In this document: positions 15,093 through 20,000 of the stretch, piece after piece | How the letters are laid out: each line of letters opens with the position of its first letter | How positions within the stretch are numbered: the first letter of the stretch is position 1 | Source: an uncultured virus (IMG/VR IMGVR_UViG_2687453178_000004) | Lineage: Duplodnaviria > Heunggongvirae > Uroviricota > Caudoviricetes | Direction: 5' to 3' (one strand) | Virus record (IMG/VR): IMGVR_UViG_2687453178_000004 | Length of the DNA: 20,000 nucleotides | The notes under the pieces: model-generated | Seen by the model: the letters and a program-made list of their open reading frames with translations, nothing else | What the model was told of the DNA's origin: nothing | Database searches by the model: none | Translations under genes and position numbers: made by a program

Positions 15093-15917
15093 ATGTCATT
15101 TACTAAAGAATCAATTCAAGAACTTGTAAATAAGGGTAGCGTTCCTGAGTTTATTAAAGCTATTGAAGCTAAAAATACGCTTTCCCAACTGATTCTAGTG
15201 CCTGACAACTGTTCCCTAAAAGATTTGGAACAGTACCAAGAACACCGCAATAACTTGCGTGGCGAGTTTAATACAATCTCGATCACTGAGTTTGCGAAGT
15301 ATGCAAAAGACCACCAGCTAGAAGGCTCAAAGACTTTTATTGATGCTGATTCAATGAAAGCTAAAACAATCTTTGACGTTGGTACTAACGACAAAGCAGG
15401 TCATCAACTTCACAAGGCTTCAGTATCACTAAAACGCACTGCACCATTTAAAGCGCTGCTAAACATCGACGGCGAACGCATGGAACAACGCGATATGGCT
15501 GAGTTCTTGGAAGATTGGAAAGACTACATTTCTGCGTTTGATTCAAACGGCGAACAAATTGAAATGTTCAAGGCGATTGCGGCTGTTCGTGAACTTGATT
15601 TTGAACACACTCGTGGCTCAAACCGACAAGTTAGTGATTTCTCTCAATCACAAAGCGAATACGAACGTATTGCGACTAAAACTCGTGAAGATCTTGTGCT
15701 GCCTGCGGCGTTTGTATTCACTTGCGAACCATACTCTGGTTTAGGTGATTTCCGCTTTGAGTTGCGCCTATCAATAATTCGAAATGAGCTTTTAATCCTA
15801 CGCATTAAACGCATGGAAGAGATTCAAGAGAAAATGGCTGAGAAGTTCCTTGAAGTCGTTAAAGAAGAGTTCGCAAACCAATCGGTAGCAATGCCGACTT
15901 ACATCGGTACTTACTAA
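15093..15917 (+). CDS. DUF2303 / YfdQ family phage protein
   Basis: FIDADSMKAKTIFDVGT...GH, QRDMAEFLEDW, LPAAFVFTCEPYSGL. Confidence 0.85.
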   Translation: MSFTKESIQELVNKGSVPEFIKAIEAKNTLSQLILVPDNCSLKDLEQYQEHRNNLRGEFNTISITEFAKYAKDHQLEGSKTFIDADSMKAKTIFDVGTNDKAGHQLHKASVSLKRTAPFKALLNIDGERMEQRDMAEFLEDWKDYISAFDSNGEQIEMFKAIAAVRELDFEHTRGSNRQVSDFSQSQSEYERIATKTREDLVLPAAFVFTCEPYSGLGDFRFELRLSIIRNELLILRIKRMEEIQEKMAEKFLEVVKEEFANQSVAMPTYIGTY

Positions 15918-15982
15918 TGAGTAATGGTTCCCTCACTCACGAGGGAACCAAATCAGATAAGTTGTATTCACAAGGTAGACCA

Positions 15983-17107
15983 ATGACCAACCAAACCCAA
16001 CCTGTAGACGTTGCTGTTAATCACCTTCTAAACATGGTTCAAAACCAACTTGGTAACGTCCTTTCTCTTGTTGAAACCCAAGCACAATTAGTTTCTGAAT
16101 CTCTAAACTACGAAACCGATCAGTACAACGAACTAATTGATCGAATTGAAAAGGCTGAGTCTGAACGCGACACGCTTGAACTGAAAGTTATTGAGCTGAC
16201 CAAAGAGAACGAAGCAATTGAACTAGACCACCTAGACAAGCTCAACAAACTACGCAGCGAATTTAACTTACTAAAAGCAAGAACGGCTGATCTTCCTGCA
16301 CTAAGAGAAGAAGTTAAGCGTTACCGTGAAATGAATCCAGACGCTTTAAAGCAACGCCTAGCTAAATCACGCGCAACTGCTGACGAGCGCTTAAACACAA
16401 TCAACCGTTTAAAGAAAGAATCAAGCGACTACCGCAAAGAAAATATTCGCTTGAAAAAAGAAGTTACTCAACTAAGCGAAGCGGCATTAGAAGCAACGCA
16501 CCTATGCGAAGAGTACAAAGCTCGATTGCATTTCATTGATGGTGACGTAGAAAAGCCATACGTTGGCAAAGACGGTTTAGAGCTATTTATCTACCGTTAT
16601 GGCTACCCTCTTGCGTTCAAGCCGTTGGTTAAAAATCTAAGCGTAATTCGTGACTTAAACTTCCATATTGAATTGCGTTCCAATTGGGCTGTTTGTTGTG
16701 TGGTAAGTGTTTCTGACTGGCTGATCCCATTAATCCCAACAGTTCACGAGTTTGAAGGCCGTATTCCTACAGAGCTATATACAGACCTTCAAGAAATTTA
16801 CACAAACGCTGCTGAAGTTAGCCACCAGCATCTAATTGCGCGTGTGGAGCACTTTAAAGAAGTCACACTTGAATCTGTTTACGACGGTGTAATCACCGAA
16901 CGAGAATTAAAGCTTCTGAACGATGCAAATTATTTCTCTGTTTACAGCGTAATGCACCCAACCGATGAACAACTAGCAAAATCAGTTAAGGGCATTAGCG
17001 AAGCAAGTGCGTCAAAAATCCGAGCAGCAATTGACGAAAAGATCGTTCAACCTTGGGAACGCGAGAACTGGACGAAAGAACAAGTAAACGAGGTTCGTCG
17101 CAAGTGA
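15983..17107 (+). CDS. Coiled-coil protein with a C-terminal HhH (Rad51-N / alpha-CTD-like) domain
   Basis: Long heptad region; C-terminal ELKLLNDANYFSV...EQLAKSVKGISEASASKI. ATG 15983 preferred over 15917. Confidence 0.7.
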   Translation: MTNQTQPVDVAVNHLLNMVQNQLGNVLSLVETQAQLVSESLNYETDQYNELIDRIEKAESERDTLELKVIELTKENEAIELDHLDKLNKLRSEFNLLKARTADLPALREEVKRYREMNPDALKQRLAKSRATADERLNTINRLKKESSDYRKENIRLKKEVTQLSEAALEATHLCEEYKARLHFIDGDVEKPYVGKDGLELFIYRYGYPLAFKPLVKNLSVIRDLNFHIELRSNWAVCCVVSVSDWLIPLIPTVHEFEGRIPTELYTDLQEIYTNAAEVSHQHLIARVEHFKEVTLESVYDGVITERELKLLNDANYFSVYSVMHPTDEQLAKSVKGISEASASKIRAAIDEKIVQPWERENWTKEQVNEVRRK

Positions 17108-17730
17108 AATACGATGTGATTTATGCCGATCCACCTTGGCAATTCAGTTCAAAAAGAACTGGCGGATCAATGAAAAGCGGCGCTTCACAAAAGTATCTAA
17201 CAATGACGATAGACGACTTAAAGAAAATGCCAGTTGGTGAACTGGCATCTGATAACTGTTATCTGATCATGTGGTACGTGAACGCCATGCCTAAAGAGGC
17301 GTGTGAGCTTGCTGAAGCGTGGGGATTTACCGTTAAAAACATCAATGGATTGGTTTGGGGAAAAGAGACTGTTAACGGCTTGCCTTTCTTTGGTCTTGGT
17401 TACCACACAAGAGCTGGAACAGAATCGGCACTAATCGCGGTTAAAGGTAAACCAAAACCAGCAAGTCGCTCCGTTCGCTCGTTCTTTACGGCACCAGTTG
17501 GCGAACATAGTGCCAAGCCACAAGAAGGCCGCAATAGAGTAGAAAAAATCGCTGGACGGTTCGCTAGAAAGCTTGAGCTTTTCCATCGAGGCGAGCCAAG
17601 ACATGGTTGGGATGTATTCGGCAACCAATCGGCACCAAGTTTAATTTTAGATGATGTTGGATTCAGAAAACCATACTTAGCGGAAATTCAACTTCAATAT
17701 GAGGAATTAGAAAAGTGGAAGAAAAACTAA
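17104..17730 (+). CDS. MT-A70 family N6-adenine methyltransferase
   Basis: YDVIYADPPW, EAWGF, HSAKP, KLELFHR, GWDVFGNQ; the GTG start overlaps the upstream TGA. Confidence 0.9.
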   Translation: MKYDVIYADPPWQFSSKRTGGSMKSGASQKYLTMTIDDLKKMPVGELASDNCYLIMWYVNAMPKEACELAEAWGFTVKNINGLVWGKETVNGLPFFGLGYHTRAGTESALIAVKGKPKPASRSVRSFFTAPVGEHSAKPQEGRNRVEKIAGRFARKLELFHRGEPRHGWDVFGNQSAPSLILDDVGFRKPYLAEIQLQYEELEKWKKN

Positions 17731-17924
17731 TTAGTATTGAGCAGTTGCTTGTTAGATATCGTCCTTTTGCAATGCGCGACGGTGAAAACTTCACAAAGCG
17801 CGGCCTATACAACTGGCGTAAAACAAAAGGCTTCCCTGAACCTGTTATCTCTTCTCCACGACTCATTTGGAAAACTGAAGATGTACTCAAATGGGAAAGT
17901 GATCAGGGTTACGACTTTTTATAA
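17715..17924 (+). CDS. AlpA/excisionase-like DNA-binding protein
   Basis: TKRGLYNWRKTKGFPEPV...LIWKTEDVLKWE. Confidence 0.8.
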   Translation: MEEKLISIEQLLVRYRPFAMRDGENFTKRGLYNWRKTKGFPEPVISSPRLIWKTEDVLKWESDQGYDFL

Positions 17925-17937
17925 TTAATAAAAAAGC

Positions 17938-17967
17938 TTGACTATCACGTCTAACGGTAATTATTCT
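17938..17967 (+). promoter_or_regulatory. Promoter TTGACT-18-TATTCT for the c4-rha unit
   Basis: Read directly. Confidence 0.6.
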
Positions 17968-18079
17968 ATTTAGGCAACGGCAAAATCCGTTGTCGGGATT
18001 GAGACCCCGCAATTTAACAGGCGTGATAACGCCAGCTTTACGCTGGTTTTTTATTGCGTGATTCAGTGCGCCCAAATTA

Positions 18080-18156
18080 TGGTGGACTGGATAAGGGCGC
18101 TCCGGCGCGCCGTTTCCTGTTAAGCGGTAGTCTCAACCTTGTTCAGTTCGCCACCA
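18080..18156 (+). ncRNA. C4-like antisense RNA (P1 C4 / P4 CI RNA family)
   Basis: TGGTGG...CCACCA closing stem. Loop sequences TCCTGTTAAG and GTCTCAA are complementary to upstream (17999-18005, 18014-18021) and downstream (18162-18168, 18192-18201) targets. Attenuator-like terminator at about 18032-18053. Confidence 0.85.
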
Positions 18157-18208
18157 GCAGATTGAGACCTCTTGGTGGTGATTAAAAGCTACTTAACAGG
18201 AGGCGACT

Positions 18209-18817
18209 ATGCCAGCACAAACTACACTTCCAATCGAACAACATCGTCCAGAAGATCTCGTTTTTATCTCTCAAACAAATAAACTTGTCACCGATTCTTT
18301 TTTGGTCGCTAAGTACTTTGATAAACAGCATAAAAACGTCCTGCAAAAAATATCCACACTAGATTGCTCTCAGAAATTTACAAAGCTTAATTTTCAGCTT
18401 TGCCATAAAAACAATGAGTTACAGAACAACAAGCTCCAACCGTTTTATCAAATGACGAAAGATGGGTTCATGTATTTGGTGATGGGCTTTACCGGAAAGA
18501 AAGCAGCAATAATCAAAGAAGCTTACATCAATGCTTTTAACTTAATGGCTGAGAAACTAACCAAGCAGAGTGAAAACTCCATCGACTTCAATCCAAACCT
18601 CTACAAAGACTTCGTTGACTTGAAAGAACATGTAAACTTTAGAGTGTTGATTGACGTGGTTGCTGGACGAGCAAGTGGGCTCCAGTTTGTGCCCGATGAC
18701 GCTTTTGTGTGTAATAAAGAAAAGTTTATGCACTACATGAACAACAACCGAATCTTCACCAATCAAGACATTATTAAGATCAACGCTATTGCAGCTAAAC
18801 GTCTTAGCTTGATGTAA
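18209..18817 (+). CDS. rha: Rha family phage regulatory protein
   Basis: VTDSFLVAKYFDKQHKNVLQKI...YQMTKDGFMYLVMGFTGKKAAIIKEAYINAFNLM. Confidence 0.92.
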   Translation: MPAQTTLPIEQHRPEDLVFISQTNKLVTDSFLVAKYFDKQHKNVLQKISTLDCSQKFTKLNFQLCHKNNELQNNKLQPFYQMTKDGFMYLVMGFTGKKAAIIKEAYINAFNLMAEKLTKQSENSIDFNPNLYKDFVDLKEHVNFRVLIDVVAGRASGLQFVPDDAFVCNKEKFMHYMNNNRIFTNQDIIKINAIAAKRLSLM

Positions 18818-18819
18818 AA

Positions 18820-18854
18820 CAAAATAAAGCCAGCTATTAGCTGGCTTTATTTTG
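18820..18854. terminator. Bidirectional terminator between rha and int
   Basis: Perfect 17-bp inverted repeat CAAAATAAAGCCAGCTA-t-TAGCTGGCTTTATTTTG. Confidence 0.85.
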
Positions 18855-20000
18855 ATAGTTACTTATGGCGTCATGATAAATTTTCATGGCGTCTAGTTGC
18901 TGACTCAAATACTGACCTTTGTTGTAAGTTTTCATTTCACCTGCCATTTCATGGCCCAGCATCTTTTCAGCAATATAAGGCTCAATTTTCAAATCACCAA
19001 AGTGTGTGGCTAAGGTGTGTCTAAATACGTGTGGCGACCAGCTTGGCAACGCTAACGCCGCTTGCAAAGGTCTAAAACGACTTTGAAAGCCTTGCACTCC
19101 TAACTCTCTACCCCTGTTCGAGATAATCAAGTTCTCAGAGCTTGGATGAAGGTTGTATAAAAATTCAAAGTAACTAAACAAGAAATCTGGAATTGGGCGA
19201 ACGATTAAACGCCCGTTCTTGCTGTTTTCTGGTGGCACTTTCCAAGTTCTACCTTGCAGGTCGATGTTAACTTTCTTGGCCGTTCTCAGTTCTCCGCTAC
19301 GCGCTCCGGTAAACATTAGAATTAAACAAGCCGCCGCAAACTCAAGAGGATATTCACCAGAACGGCAATAGTCGTAAATTTGCTTGAGTTCTTTGAATGA
19401 TAAAACCCTATCCCTTGGCTTCGACGGTGTACCAACAAAGCGGCTTTGAATGTTGATTAGTTTGTTCTCTTCAATAATGTCTACAGCCATTAGGTATTTG
19501 GCACACTGCTTTAATTCTGTCAGCAAGCGAACTGGAACAGTTTTACCTTCAATAGTCTTAATCACGTTGATCCAATCAACGGTTTTCATCTGCTCCCATT
19601 CATTAGAGCCAATCTTGCTAATTATGTGTGTATATAGCGCGTTGATAATTAGCTTTGGATATTTGCGTCTTGGGATCAATTCTTCATTAATCCAAAACTC
19701 AATACACTCTTGAACGGTTGAAATTTTCTTTTTGGCTTTGTTGTTTCGCGGATCTAAACCTTGCTCAAGCATCTTTTTAGCTTCTCGGTGAATATCCCTG
19801 GCTTCTTTTAAAGAAACTTGAGGATAAGTGCCGATTGTTAAGATTGCTTGTTTCCCCTGCCAGCGGAAGCGATAGCAAAAGCTAATTTTTCCGCTCTTAT
19901 AGAAGCGCGCAAGTAGGCCGCCGCCGTCGGCTAAATCTTGGTGTGGTTTGTCTGTTGGAAAGTTATTTTTGGACTTTAAAGCCCGTTCGGTGATGGTCAT
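18837..20000 (-). CDS. int: Tyrosine integrase with an arm-DNA-binding domain (P4-like)
   Basis: DGGGL...YRF...IGTYPQVSLKEAR; catalytic residues TGARSGE, SKNG, HVFRHT, LGH and Y. Confidence 0.95.
   Translation of the reverse strand: MTITERALKSKNNFPTDKPHQDLADGGGLLARFYKSGKISFCYRFRWQGKQAILTIGTYPQVSLKEARDIHREAKKMLEQGLDPRNNKAKKKISTVQECIEFWINEELIPRRKYPKLIINALYTHIISKIGSNEWEQMKTVDWINVIKTIEGKTVPVRLLTELKQCAKYLMAVDIIEENKLINIQSRFVGTPSKPRDRVLSFKELKQIYDYCRSGEYPLEFAAACLILMFTGARSGELRTAKKVNIDLQGRTWKVPPENSKNGRLIVRPIPDFLFSYFEFLYNLHPSSENLIISNRGRELGVQGFQSRFRPLQAALALPSWSPHVFRHTLATHFGDLKIEPYIAEKMLGHEMAGEMKTYNKGQYLSQQLDAMKIYHDAISNYQNKAS

Larger units (their letters stand above)
1..20000. mobile_element. Temperate prophage, partial (integrase through terminase small subunit)
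   Basis: Lambdoid gene order: int, xis-like, repressor, O/P-like replication, nin-like region, terS. Extends beyond the left edge; the att site is presumably just beyond the right edge. Confidence 0.95.

Noticed and set aside
17104..17730. Methyltransferase as part of a restriction-modification system
   Set aside because: No adjacent restriction enzyme; orphan MT-A70 methylases are common in temperate phages.
13676..19713. ORFs at 13676, 14704, 15116, 15538, 17218, 17400, 17431, 17663, 17737, 17887, 18557 and 19450
   Set aside because: Shadow or alternative-frame ORFs lying over better-supported genes or the c4 leader.
18837..20000. Integrase as the integron integrase (IntI) serving the array
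   Set aside because: It has a P4-type arm-binding N-terminus, no evident IntI-specific insertion before the HxxR motif, and lies 13 kb away at the prophage end.

Overview
The window is the early, regulatory and integration half of a temperate lambdoid-like prophage. The host is most likely Vibrionaceae, inferred from the VCR-type repeats. From right to left it holds: a P4-type tyrosine integrase; a C4-RNA-controlled rha module; an AlpA/Xis-like gene; an MT-A70 methyltransferase; a YfdP/YfdQ-like pair; an XRE repressor whose S24 domain looks non-cleavable; O/P-like replication genes with an OOP-like antisense unit; a nin-like region (MazG-like, DUF4406, BRO, Ref-like); a PD-(D/E)XK nuclease; and the start of a terminase small subunit. 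The standout feature is an accessory island at about 2020-5937 inside the phage. It contains a Phd/YefM-RelE/ParE toxin-antitoxin pair placed divergently from a three-cassette integron array. The array has three Vibrio-type attC sites, exact complementarity at the cassette ends, no intI in the window, a last attC broken at its crossover triplet, and a SIR2-family (probable anti-phage NADase) cassette. All family calls come from motif recognition by eye; no database searches were run.
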